A stretch of 64,000 bases of DNA from the human T2T-CHM13v2.0 reference genome, Homo sapiens. The notes under the pieces are model-generated. The model was given only the letters and a program-made list of their open reading frames with translations. It made no database searches and had not been told where the DNA came from. Location of the stretch: the NCBI RefSeq assembly GCF_009914755.1, contig NC_060933.1; one strand, given 5' to 3'. Made by a program: the position numbers and the translations under genes. Shown here piece by piece: positions 49,518-61,942 of this stretch (positions are counted from its first letter, which is position 1; each line of letters begins with the position of its first letter).

Positions 49518-52500
49518 CCTCTTAAGGGGCCTGGTGAGAGATGAGGACAACGAGGTAGCTAGTGGCTTCTGTATAAGAAATCATCAGAAATTTGGGTGTG
49601 GAGGGGTAGGAAGACAAGAGAGGGATAAGAACTGCATATCAGCAGCAAAGCAGTAGCTGAGGAATTTTTAAAGACCAGAGTTGTCGACTATAAAATTTTC
49701 ACTTGCTTGGGCTGTTATAATGTAATGTCACCTTTATTCCCACCACCTCCCTAAACTTTTTGTAAATTCTGCTGTATGTATCAAGGTCCTATGAGCTCAT
49801 GTACTGCAAGTAAGGCATTGAATCAAATTCCAGGTCTGCATCAACTTTTAAGAAAAGTAAACAGTGTATACTGTAAAGAAGGACAAGGTATAAAGTGAAC
49901 TGATTCACTTGGTAGGAACTTGGAGTCAGAGGGTATCACGACAATGTCAGTTCCCTGGGAAATGTCATCTTCCCAAGATGAGTGATGGAGATTCAAGAGA
50001 ATCTCATCTATTTGTAGATCTTTTTGTTTTTAGATGCTGAATAAATACTTTTTGAAACGATTTTTAAAAAATTAACAACTAATATTGTATGTTTTTATCA
50101 AGTACAACGTGATGTTTTATGGTATATATATATAGTAGAAATGGTAAATATGGCTAATTAACAAATGCATTACCTGTAATTGTGTGGTTTTGAGTGAATT
50201 TCTTAAGATCTAATTTGATTGCACTGTGGTCTGAGAGACTGTTATGATTTCAGTTCCTTTGTATTTGCTGAGGGTGTTTTACCTCCAATTATGTGATCAA
50301 TTTTAGAGTCAGGGCCATATGGCAATGAGAAGAATGTACATTCTGTTGTTTTGGGGTGGGGAGAGCTATAGATATCTATCAGGCCCACTTGATCCAGAGC
50401 TGAGTTCAGGTCCTGAATATCTTTGTTAATTTTCTGTCCTTGATGATCTGTCTAATACTGTCAGTGGGATGTTAAAGTCTGCCAGTGTTATTCTGTGGGA
50501 AACTAAGTCTCTTTGTAGATCTCTAAGAACTTGCTTTATAAATCTGAGTGCTTCCTGTATTGAGTGCATATATATTTAGGATAGTTAGCTCTTCTTGTTG
50601 AATTGAACCCTTTATGATTATGTAATGTCCTACTTTGTCTTTTTTTTAATCTTTTTGGTTTACAGTCTGTTTTGTCAGAAACTAGGATTGCTACCCTTGA
50701 TTTTTTCTGTCTTCCATTTCATTGGTAAATTTTCCTCCATCCTTTTATTTCGAGCCTATATGTGTCTTTGCATGTGAGTTGGGTCTCTTGAAGATAACAT
50801 ATTAATGGGTCTTGGCTCTTTATCCAGCTTGCCATTTTGTGTCTTTTAATTGGGACATCTAGCCCATTTACATTTAGGGTTAGTATTGTTATGTGTGAAT
50901 GTCATCATGATGCCAGCTGGTTATTTTGCAGACTTGTTTATGTGGTTGCTTTATAGTGTCATTTGTCTGTGTACTTCAGTGTGTTTTCATCATGGCTGGT
51001 AATAGTTTTTCTTTTCCATATTTAGTATTTCCTTCAAAAGCTCTTGCAAAACAAGCTGAGTGGTTACAAATTCCTTCAGCATTTGCTTGTCTGAAAAGGA
51101 CCTTATTTCTCCTTCATTTATTAAGCTTAGTTTGGCCAGATATAAAATTCTAGGTTGAAAATTCCTTTCTTCAATAATGATGAATATTGGCCCCCAATCT
51201 CTTCTGGATTATAGGCATTCTGCTGAGAGGTCTGCTATTAATCTGATGGGCTTCCCTTTGTAGGTGACCTGGCCTTTCTCTCTGGCTACCCTTAACATTT
51301 TTTCTTTCATTTCAACCTTGGAGAATCTGATGATTATGTGTCTTGAGGTTGAGCTTCTTGTGCAGTATCTTACTGGGGTTCTCTGCATTTCCTGAATTTG
51401 AACGTTGGCCTGTCTTGCTAGGTTGGGGAAGTTCTCCAGAATGATATTCTGAAGTATGTTTTCCGGTTTGATTCCATTCTCCCCATCTCTTTCAGGTACG
51501 CCAATTGGTTATAGGTTTAGTCTCTTTACATAATCCTACATTTCTCAGAGCGTTTGTTCATTCCTTTTCATTTTTTTCCCCTCTATTGTCTGCTTGTCTT
51601 ATTTCAGAAAGATAGTCTCAATCTCTGAGATTCTTTCCTCTGCTTGGTCTATTCTGCTATTGATACTGGTGATTACGTTGTGAAATTCTCTTGTTATGCT
51701 TTTCAGCTCCATCAGGTCAGTTATGTTCCTCTCTAAACTGGCTATTCTGGCTACCAGCTCCTGTATTGTTCTATCATGATTCTTAGCTTCTTTGCAGAGG
51801 GTTACAACATGCTTCTTTAGCTAATTGAAGATCATTATTACACACCTTTTGAAGCCTACTTCTGTCAATTCAGCCATCTCAGCCTCAGCCCAGTTCTGTG
51901 CTCTTGCTGGAGATGTGTTGTGGTCATGTGGTGGAGAAGAGGTACTCTGGCTTTTTGAGTTTTCAGCATTTTTGTGTTGAATCTTCCACATATTTGTGGG
52001 CTTATCTACCTTAGATTTTTGAGGTTGTTGACCTTTGAATGGGGTTTTTGTGAGGTCATTTTTGTCGATGTTGTTGTTTTCTGTTTGTTTTTTCTTTTTA
52101 CAGTCAGGCCACTCTTCTGTAGGGTGGCTGTGGTTTGCTGGGGATCTGCTCCAGACCCTAGTTGCCTCAGTGTTTTTTGTACCTGGAGGTATCATCAGTG
52201 AAGGCTGTGAAACATCAACAATGGCAGCCTGTTCCTTCCTCTGGAAGCTCTGTCCCAGGGTAGCATTGACCTGTTGCCAGCCTGAATGTACCTGTAGGAG
52301 GTGGCTGGAGAACCCTGTTGGAAGGTCTCATCCAGTCAGGAGGAACAGGATCAGGGACCACTTAAAGAAGCAGTCTGGCTGCTTTTTGATAGAGCAGGTG
52401 TGCTGCACTGGGACTGGGGGGCCCTTCCTCGTCTGGACCATTTGGACTCTCCAAAGCTGGCAGGCTGTGTCTGCATAACCCTGGCTGGAGCTGGAGTGCC

Positions 52501-53310
52501 TGAAACCCCGACAGAGAGGTCCCACCCAGTGAGGAGGAATGGATCGGGGTCTTGTTTAAAGAAGTAGTCTAGCCATGATCTAGTGAAACAGTTGTGCTGT
52601 GTCATGGGGGGACCCTTCCTTGTCTAGACCATTTGGATTCTCCAAAGCCAGGAGGCTGGAATGGCTGAGTTGACTAAACCACAGAGAAGGGCTGCCCATC
52701 CCCCAGGAACCTGGTCCTGTCTCAGGCAGACTCCAGCCTGTTGCTGTTGGCTGGCTGGAATTCCAAGCCAGTATGAGGTGCCGTGGAAGTGGGACCTGCA
52801 GAATGACGCTGCTTGGCTTCCTGGATTCAGCCCCCTTCCTAGGGGTACGAACAGGTATCCTGCCTTGCTGGGGATCCCAGGGCTGGAGTATGTAAAACTC
52901 CTAGGTCTCTGTGCGTGCCTGAGCAGCTGCTTTGCCGAGACTTCTCACAACTCTGTGTATCAGTGTGTGAATTTATTTCTGGGCTTTTAATTCTGTTTCG
53001 TTGGTCTGTGTGTCAGTTTTTATGCTAGCATCATGCTGTTTTGGTTACTGTAGCTTTGTAGTATATTTTAAAGTCAGGTCATGTGATGCCTCCTGCTTTG
53101 CTGTTGTTGTTCGGTATTGCTTTAGCTATTTGGGGTCTTTTGTGGTTCCTTATAAATTTTACATATGTTTTTTCTATTTCTGTGAAGAATGCCATTGGTA
53201 TTTTGATAGGGATAGCATTAATTCTGTAGATCACTTTGGGTATTATGGCCTCTTAAGGGGCCTGGTGAGAGATGAGGACAACGAGGTAGCTAGAGGCTTC
53301 TGTATAAGAA
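49231..53310 (+). repeat. 349-bp direct duplication: 49231-49579 and 52962-53310, one mismatch
   Basis: Base-by-base identity except T49563/A53294; produces the twin ORFs at 49270 and 53001 (offset 3731). Confidence 0.97.
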
Positions 53311-53641
53311 GAGCCCTGGTGGCATGGGCTCATGAGGGAATCTCCTGATTCATGGGTTGCAAAGTTCTGTGTGAGAATCGTGGTTTACCAGGCAGGGTCA
53401 CACAATTACTCACTGCTTCTCTTGGATGGGGGTGGGGTTTCCTTTGGCTCCATGCAGCTCCTGGGTGGGCCATTGCCCCACCCTGGTTTTCTTCATTCTC
53501 TGTGGGTTGAGTTGTTTGCTTAGTCAGTCCCAGTACAAGAACCTGGATATCTCAGTTGGCGATGCTGAATTCACTTGCTGCTTTATTCCTCTCCATTAGT
53601 GCCATGTACTGCAGCTGCTTCTAATTGGCCATCTTGGCCCC
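50176..53641 (-). mobile_element. Old primate L1 (L1PA13-16/L1PB-like): 5'UTR, ORF1 and start of ORF2; 3' part missing
   Basis: ORF1-like remnants (QHKNAENSKSQSTSSPP..NTSPARAQNW..AELTEVGF); 5' terminus ggggccaagatggcc on the minus strand; ~210-bp tandem units in the 5'UTR at 52290-52640. Confidence 0.9.
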
Positions 53642-55224
53642 TTGATCACATTTTATTTAGCTGTTCATTTTTTATCTTGTCTTGATCTTAAGGGGCATAT
53701 GCTTGTAGCATGAAACTCATATTTGGGTTACAAAGAGAACAACAAGGTATAGAATGTACCCTCAAGAAACTTAAAGTCTAGAGGAAAAGGCAACTACATA
53801 GAAAGAAAATTTCAAAATTATGTCCCAAGCTACAGGGAAAGGGAAAAGTACTGGGTTCTATGCAAATCCAAAGGAAAGATATAAAGGAAAGTCTCCTTGG
53901 GGGGAGATAACAAGAGTCTTAAATGAGGATTAGAAATTATTCAGGTAAGGAAGTGTGGGAAGGACATTCTGGGTAGAGAGATTCGCTTGAGAATACCACT
54001 ACTACTTTATTACTACTACTAGTATCACTACTGCTAAATAACATTAATGAGTATGTACTATATGTACCAGATGCTGTTGTAATAAATTTATACTTACAAT
54101 TCTTTTGAACTTTACAATTCTGTACATAGGAGATATGTACTATTGTTATCACCATTTTACATATAAAGGAGTTGTTCAGGTCACTTGCTCAAGGTCACAG
54201 AACCAAGTAGTTGATAGTGAGTTGAACCCAAGTAGTCTTATGCCAGAGCTCAACATGCTTAATCACTATACTAGAGTTTAGTGAGTATACCAGATTTTTG
54301 GAGTACATAAACCTCCACATCTCCTGGAATTTTCCCCCTCATCTTTCTTCTTCACCAAAATATCTTTTTCCTGTTAGGATGTACCAATAATTATGTTCTA
54401 GTTGGGGGTTGTATACACTGTAGATTGCCACAAAAATACTGTGTAACAAGTACTGTGTAAAAATATTTATTTAACTTAGGATTCAGTGGGATTCAGATGA
54501 TCTGGACTGTACTTAGTCTTGGCTGGGTTCACTCATGTGTTTGTGGACAGCTATGAGTCAGGTAGCTATGTTCATCTTGGATAAACTTTGTCACATATCT
54601 AGGAGTAGGCTGACTACTGGTTAAACTAGGCTGGTTCAACTAGGATGATGGGGAAGACCTAAATTATATTCAGATTTCCATAGTTTTAACCTAATACCCT
54701 TTTTCTGTTCCAAGATCTCATCCAGGATATCACATTACACTTAGTTGTCATGTCCTGTAGGCTCCTCTTGGTTGTGACTGTTTCTCAGACTTTTTTTTTT
54801 TTTTTCTGATGACTTTGACAATTTTGAGGCATAGTATTCAGGTAATTTGTAAAATTCCCTAAATTGGAGTTTGATGTTTTTCTCATTATTAGACTGGAGT
54901 TATTAGATTTGGGGGTGAAGACCGCAGAGGTTCCTTTTTAGCATATCATGTCAAGGGTACATGCTATTAACATGACTTACCATTGTTGATTTTCACTTGC
55001 ATTGGATTTTAAAATGAATCTTATATAAAACTCTATTTTTAATTGTATAAACTATATAATGGAGGATAAACTTACAAATATATTCTCCTAATCCTAAGGG
55101 ACCCTGTACCGTTTTAGTTATTACGTGGATTAAATGCATGAAGATGTATGAGATTTTAAGTCAATGGGTTAACTATTATAAGCATGATAAATAAGTTTAA
55201 TTTCTCATAACAAATATAAGGTGA

Positions 55225-55580
55225 GTTCTTAGTCTGTTTTATGCTGCTATTCTGTGTAGAATACTCAAAACTGAGTAATTTTTCAAGGAAAGAAATTTAT
55301 TTCCTCACATTTCTTGAGGCTGGAAGGTCTAAGATCAAGGAGCTGGCATCTGGTAAGGGCCTTCTTGTAGCATCATGTGATGGAAGACAAGAGAGAGAGG
55401 GAAGGGGGCTGAACACATCTTTTTATAAGGAATCACTCCCATGATAACAGCCCTAATCCATTAATGAGGCAGAGCCCTCATGACCTAATCACCTCTTAAA
55501 TGTCCCACCTCTTAATACCATTGATTTAGGAACAAAGTTTCCCACACATGAACTTTGGAGAGCCCATTCAAACCACAGCA
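55225..55580 (-). mobile_element. MaLR solo LTR (MSTB/MSTD-like)
   Basis: cttagtctgttttatgctgctat...gaggctggaaggtctaagatcaagg...gccctcatgacctaatcacctcttaaa...aaaccacagca. Confidence 0.9.
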
Positions 55581-55675
55581 GGCAGTAAATACAATTTCCC
55601 AATGCAAACACAACATCTTCGTTTCAAGGTAAAGATTATATCAAATATGAACCATTAGTGTTGAAAGAGTATTTG

Positions 55676-58600
55676 AGGGGCTCCTAGGGAAACAGTAAAT
55701 GAAATAGGCATGAAGAGGCCCACTCTTGCCACAGACCTCGGGATCTTAGCTACAAGGGACCCCACAACTCTTATAGACATTTGAGTTGGCAGGGAGAACT
55801 GTCCAGAGAGTTAGCAGAGACAGAACTCCTGTCTGTGTGGAGGCCAGAGGGTTTGGCATGGGAACGGCTGCAGTGGAGCACATAGCCATGAGCACCCATC
55901 CCAAGCCATGGGCACCCATCCCATGGGCACCCATACTCCTCTAGGTGGCTTTAGCCTTTGCTAGCTGCTGGATCTGGAGAGAGCAGGGTTATCTTTCCTG
56001 TGGGATGGGGCCAGTCTCAAATGAATGTCCCATCTGCCAGCCTCTCCCAGGGTCCCTGCCTGGCCACACCCACTTGCAGCACAGCTTTAGCTGCCCCACT
56101 GAAATGCTTGCCAGCAGCCACCACTTCACTCGTTCACTGGCAGCCCCCACCTTCCCACTGGAGTACTTTTGCAGAGACTCCCACTAGTACACACCTGCCT
56201 GTAGACTCTTCCCAGCCATGTTGCCACAGCCCCACTGCTGCCCAGCCAGGATGCACACATACGTAGTCCCCCTGCTGCACTGTTGGTGTGCACTCACCCA
56301 TGGCGTCCTGCTACCCTGTTGGTGTGCCCTGTTGGTGTGCACTCGCTGGCAGCTCCCTGCTGCCCTGCTGCTCATGGCTCCCCTGTCACCCATGGCTCCC
56401 CTGCCACAGTGTACTGTCTTGTGTACCCACCACCACCCTGTCACAGCACTTTTATTGGCAGCCCCCATCTGAATGTTGTTGCTAGCACACTGGCAACACC
56501 TCAGTTTCTCCAATGCAATAGGTGATTGACCTAGAGGGGCCAGAGAGCAAAGCTGTAGGCTTGGTGCCAGCTCCTCAGGAATAGAGCATGAAGCTCAGGA
56601 GTGTTGAGCAGAGCCTTGGCCTCCTGAAAGGATCCAGAAATGAAGCCAATTGTTTAGACCCAACTTATGCCACAATGAAACCCTTAAGGACATCAAAGAA
56701 TATATAAGCAAAAAGACCCATTCAAAGGACAACAACTTCAAAGATTAAAGGAACATCAGCCCATACAGATGAGAAAGAACTAGTGCAAGAATTATGGCAA
56801 TTCTAAAAGCCAGTGTCTTCTTACCTCCAGATGACTGCACTGGCTCCCCATCAATGGTTCTTAACCAAAGTGGAATGGCTAAATGACAGATATATAATTC
56901 AGAATCTGGATAACAAGGAAGCTCAATGAGATAGGGGAGAAGGTTGAAACCGAATCCAAGTAAAACAATCCAACAGTTGAAACATGACATAGCCACTTGA
57001 AGAAAGAACCAAACTGAATTTCTGAAAATTAAAAATTCATTAAAGGAATTTCATAATGCAATTGGAAGCATTAATAACAGAATAGAGCAAGCTGAGGAAA
57101 TAACCTCAGAGCTCAAAGACTGTTCCTTTGAATCAATGCAGGCAGACAAAAATAAAGAAAAAAGATTAAAAAAAGATCAAAACCTCTGAGAAATATGGGA
57201 TTATGGAAAGAGCAAATCTACAACTCATTGACATTCCTGAAAGAGATGGAGAGAGAACAAGCAACTTAGAAAGTATATTTGAGAATATTGTCCATGAAAA
57301 TGTCCCCAAAGTTGCTCGAGAGGTCAACACACCTCAGGAAATTCACAGAATGCCTGCAAGATACTATACAAGACAATCATCCCCAAGACACATAGTTATC
57401 AGATTCTCTAAGGTCAATGTGAAAGAAAAAACCTTAAAGGCAGCTGGAGAGAGGGGCAGATCACATACAAAGGAAACCCCATCAGGCTAACAGTAGACCT
57501 TTCAGCAGAAACCTCACAAGTCAGAATAGATTGGGAGACTATTCAGCATCCTTAAGGAAAAGACATTCCAACCAAAGATTTCATACCTAGCCAAACTAAG
57601 CTTCATAAGTGAAGGAGAAATAAAATCCTTTCAGACAAGCAAATGCTAAAGGAATTTATTACCATCAGGCCTGCCTGATAAGAGGTCCTTAAGAGAGTGC
57701 TAAACATGAACAAAAGACCATTATCTGCCACTATAATAACATACTTAAGTACATAGCCCACTGACACTACAACTTAATTACACAATCAAGTCTATACAAC
57801 AAGCTGCTAACAATATGATGACAAGATCAAATTATCACATATCAATATTAACCTTGAAAGTAAATGGGCTAAATGCCCTCCAGAGTAACAAGTTGGGTAA
57901 AGAACCAACACCCAACTGAACACTGTCTTCAAGAGACCCATCTCACATGCAATGATACCCATAGGCTCAAAGTAAAGGGATGGAGAAAGATCTATCAAGC
58001 AAAAGGAAAACAGAAAGGAGCAGGGGGTACTAATCTTATTTCAGATAAAACAGATTTTAAACCAACAAGGATCCAAAAGGACAAATAAGGGCATTATATA
58101 ATGACAAAGGGTTCAATTTAACAAGAAGACCTAACTATCCTAAATATATATGTGCCCAAAAATGGAGCACCCAGTTCTTCATCAAACCAGTTTTTAGAGG
58201 CCTACGAAGAGACTTAAGCATAAAATAAAAGAGGAAGACTTCAATATCCCACTGACAGTGTTAGGCAGATCATTGAGACAGAAAATTAACAAACATATTT
58301 GGGACCTAAATTTGACAATTGACCAAATGGACCTAACAGACATCTACAGAATACTCCACCTAACAACAACAGAGTATAAACTCTTCTCATCTGCTCATGG
58401 CACATACTCTACAAATGACCATATACTCGGCCATAAAGCAATTCTCAACAAATTCAAAACAACCAAAATTATACCAACCATACTCTTGGACCACAATGCA
58501 ATAAAAATAGAAATCAGTACCAAGAAGATCTCTCAAGACCACATAATTACGTGGAAATTAAATAATCTGCTCCTGAATGACTTTTGGGCAAAGAATGAAA

Positions 58601-60641
58601 TTAAAGCAAAAATAAAAAAGTTATTTGAAACTAATGAAAACAAAGATACAACATACCAGAATTTCTGGGACATAGCTAAAGCAGTGTTAAGTGGAAAGTT
58701 TATAGCACTAAATGCCTACATCAATTAGTTAGAAAGATGTCAAATTAACAACCTAACATTACAACTAGAGGAACTAGAAAAACAAAAACAAACCAACCCC
58801 AAAGCTAGCAGAAGAAATGAAATAAACAAAATCAGAAATAAACTGAATGAAATTGAGATGTGAAATCCATACAAAAGATCAATGAAACCAAAATTCTTCA
58901 AAAGAATAAATAAGATTGATAGATAGCTAATTAGATTAATAAAGAATAAGAGAAGATTCAAATAAACACAATCAGAAATGACAAATGTGATATTACCATT
59001 GACCCCACAGAAATACAAAAAAAAAATCCTTCAGAGACTAGGAACACTACTATGTACACAAACCAGAAAATCTAGAAGAAATGGGTGAATTCCTGGAAAC
59101 ACACAACCTCCCAAGATAGAACCAGGAGGAAATTGAAATCCTGAACAGACCAATAATGAGTTCTGAAATGGAATTAGTAATTAAAAAAAAAATCCTATCA
59201 GCCAGAAAAAGCCTTGGACTAGATGGATTCACAGCCAAATACTAGATGTACAGAGAACTGGTGTAAACCCTACTGAAATTATTCCAAAAAAGCTGAAGTG
59301 GAGGGACTCCTCCATAACTCATTCTCTGAGGCCAGCATCATTCTGATACCAAAACCTGGCAGAGACAAGACAAAAAAAGAAAACTTCAGGCCAGTATTCC
59401 TGATGATCATAGATGCAGCAATCCTCAACAAAATACTAGCAAACCAAATCTAGAAGCACATCAAAAAGCTAATCCACCACAAACAAGTAGGCTTTATTCC
59501 TGGGATGCAAGGTTGGTTTAACATATGCAAATCACTAAATGTGATTCATTATATAAACAAAGCTAAAAATAAAAAGGCTTTTGATAAAATTCAACATCTC
59601 TTCATACTAAAATTCCTCAACAAACTAAAAATGGAAGAAACGTACCTCAAAAGAATAAAAGCCATCTATGACAAACCCACAGCCAACATCCTACTGAATC
59701 GGCAAAAACTGGAAGCATTCTCCTTGAGAACTAGAACAAGACAAGGATGCCCACTTTCACCATTCCTATTTACATAGTACTAGAAGTCCCAGCCAGAGAT
59801 ATCAGGCAAGAGAAAGAAATAAAAGTCATCCAAATAGGAAGAGAGGAAGTCAAACGATTTCTCTTCACAGACACTATTATACCTATAAAACCCTATAGCC
59901 TCTGCCCAAAGCCTCCTGGAACGGATAAACAACTTCACTGAAGTTTCAGGATACAAAATCAATGCACAAAAATCAGTAGCATTTCTATACACAAATAATG
60001 TCCAACCTGAGAGTCAAATAAAAAATGCAGTCCCATTCACAATAGCCACAAAAGAATAAAATAGTTAGGAATACAGCTAAAAGAAGGAGGTGAAATATCC
60101 TACAAGAATTACATAACACCGCTGAAAGAAATCAGAGATGACACAAACAAATGAAGAAATGGTTTGTGCTCATAGATAGGAAGAATCAATATTGTTAAAA
60201 TAGCCAGCTGGGCGGGGTGGCACACGCCTGTAATCCCAGCACTTTGGGAGGCAGAGGCGGGCAGATCATGAGGTCAGGAGATCGAGACCATCCTGGCTAA
60301 CGTGGTGAAACCCCCTCGCTACTAAAAATACAAAAAGTTAGCTGGGGGTGGTAGCACATGCCCGTAATCCCAGCAACTTGAGAGGCTGAGGCAGAAGAAT
60401 CTCTTGAACTCAGGAGGCGGAGGTTGTAGTGAGCCAAGGTTGTGCCTCTGCACTCCAGCCTGGGTGGCAGAGCGAGACTGTCTCAAAAAAAAAAAAAAAA
60501 AATTGGCCATACGTCCTAAAGCAATGTACAGATTTAATGCTATTTGTGTCAAGCTACCAAATCATTTTTCACAGAATTAGAAAAAACGATTCTAAGATTT
60601 ATATGGATTAAAAAAAAAGCCTGAATAGTCAACGCAATCCT

Positions 60642-60672
<31 letters not shown>

Positions 60673-60941
60673 CAAAGCTGAAGGCATCACACTACCCGAC
60701 TTTATACTACAAGGTTACAGTAAGCAAAATAGCATAGAGCTGGTACAAAAACAGACACATAGACAAATAAAACAGGTTAGAGAACCCAGAAATAAAGCCA
60801 CACATCTACAACCATCTGATCTTTGACAAAGCTGACAATAACAAGCAATGGGGAAAGAACTCTCTATTGATTAAATGGTTCTGTGATAACTGGCTAGCCA
60901 TATGCAGAAGATTGAAACTAAGCCCCTTCATTTTACCATAT

Positions 60942-60975
<34 letters not shown>

Positions 60976-61942
60976 AATCAACACAAAATAGATTAGAGAC
61001 TTAAATGTAAGATCTAAAATTATAAAGATCGTAAAAGAAAACCTAAAAATTACCATTCTGGACATAGGCCTTGACAAAGATTTCAAGATGAAGCCTCCAA
61101 AGGCAATTGCAACAAATACAAATACAGACAAGTGAGATCAAATTAAACTAAAGAGCTTCTGCACAGCAAAAGAAACTATCAACAGAATAAACAGTCAACC
61201 TACAGAATGGGAGAAAACATTCACAAATTATGCATTTGACAAAGGTCTAATATCCAGATTCTATAAGGAACTTAAATCAACAAGTGAAGAACAAGCAACC
61301 TCTTTAAAAAAATGGGCAAAGGACATGAACATACACTTTTCAAAAGAAGACATACATGTGGCAACAAGTATATGAAAAAATGCTCAACAACATTGATCAT
61401 TAGAGAAATGCAAATCAAAACCACAACAAGATACCATCTCACACCAGTCAGAATGACGAGTATTAAAAAGTCAAGAAACAACAGATGTTAGCAAGGTTGC
61501 AGAGAAAAGGGAGCAATTATACACTGCTGGTGGGAATGTAAATTAATTTAGCCACTGTGGAAAGCAGCTTGGAGACGTCTCAAAGAACTAAGAACTACCA
61601 TTTGACCTGGCAATCCTATTACTGGGTATATACCCAAAGGAAAATAAATCATTCTACCAAAAAGACACATGCACCCATATATTTATTGCAATACTATTTA
61701 CAATAGCAAAGATATGGACTCAACCTAGATTGGATAAAGAAAATGTAGTACATATACACCATGGAACACTATGAAGCCATAAAAAGCAAAATCATGGTCT
61801 TTGCAGCAACATGGATGCAGCTGGAAGCTATGATCCTAAGTGAATTAATGCACAACAGAAAACCAAATACTGCCTGTTCTCATTCATAAGTGGGAGCTAA
61901 ACATTGAGTACACATGAACACAAAGAAGGGAACAATAGGCAC
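55676..61942 (+). mobile_element. Near-full-length, inactive old primate L1 (L1PA15/16-like), with decayed ORF1/ORF2
   Basis: ORF1 remnant (RYYTRQSSPRHIVIRFSKV), endonuclease remnant (CLQETHLTCNDTHRLKVKGW; [10 protein letters not shown]), RT remnant ([10 protein letters not shown]; TRQGCPLSP). Many stops and frameshifts. The 3'UTR is cut at ...gggaacaataggcac. Confidence 0.95.
60206..60502 (+). mobile_element. AluS (Sc-like) inserted in L1 ORF2
   Basis: Full Alu dimer with A tail; TSD-like aaaatagcc/aaattggcc. Confidence 0.95.

Noticed and set aside
49270-53348. Twin 128/115-aa Cys/Phe-rich ORFs resembling paralogous genes
   Set aside because: Antisense L1 ORF2 sequence with non-ATG starts; the identity is explained by the 349-bp DNA duplication.
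52290-56470. Tandem units at 52290-52640 and 55886-56470 as a novel or CRISPR-like array
   Set aside because: They lie within L1 5'UTRs, where such tandem units are typical of old primate L1s; no constant repeat/unique spacer pattern, and the DNA is eukaryotic.
57203-59941. L1 ORF1/ORF2 fragments as an active retrotransposon
   Set aside because: Fragmented by many stops and frameshifts and by an Alu insertion.
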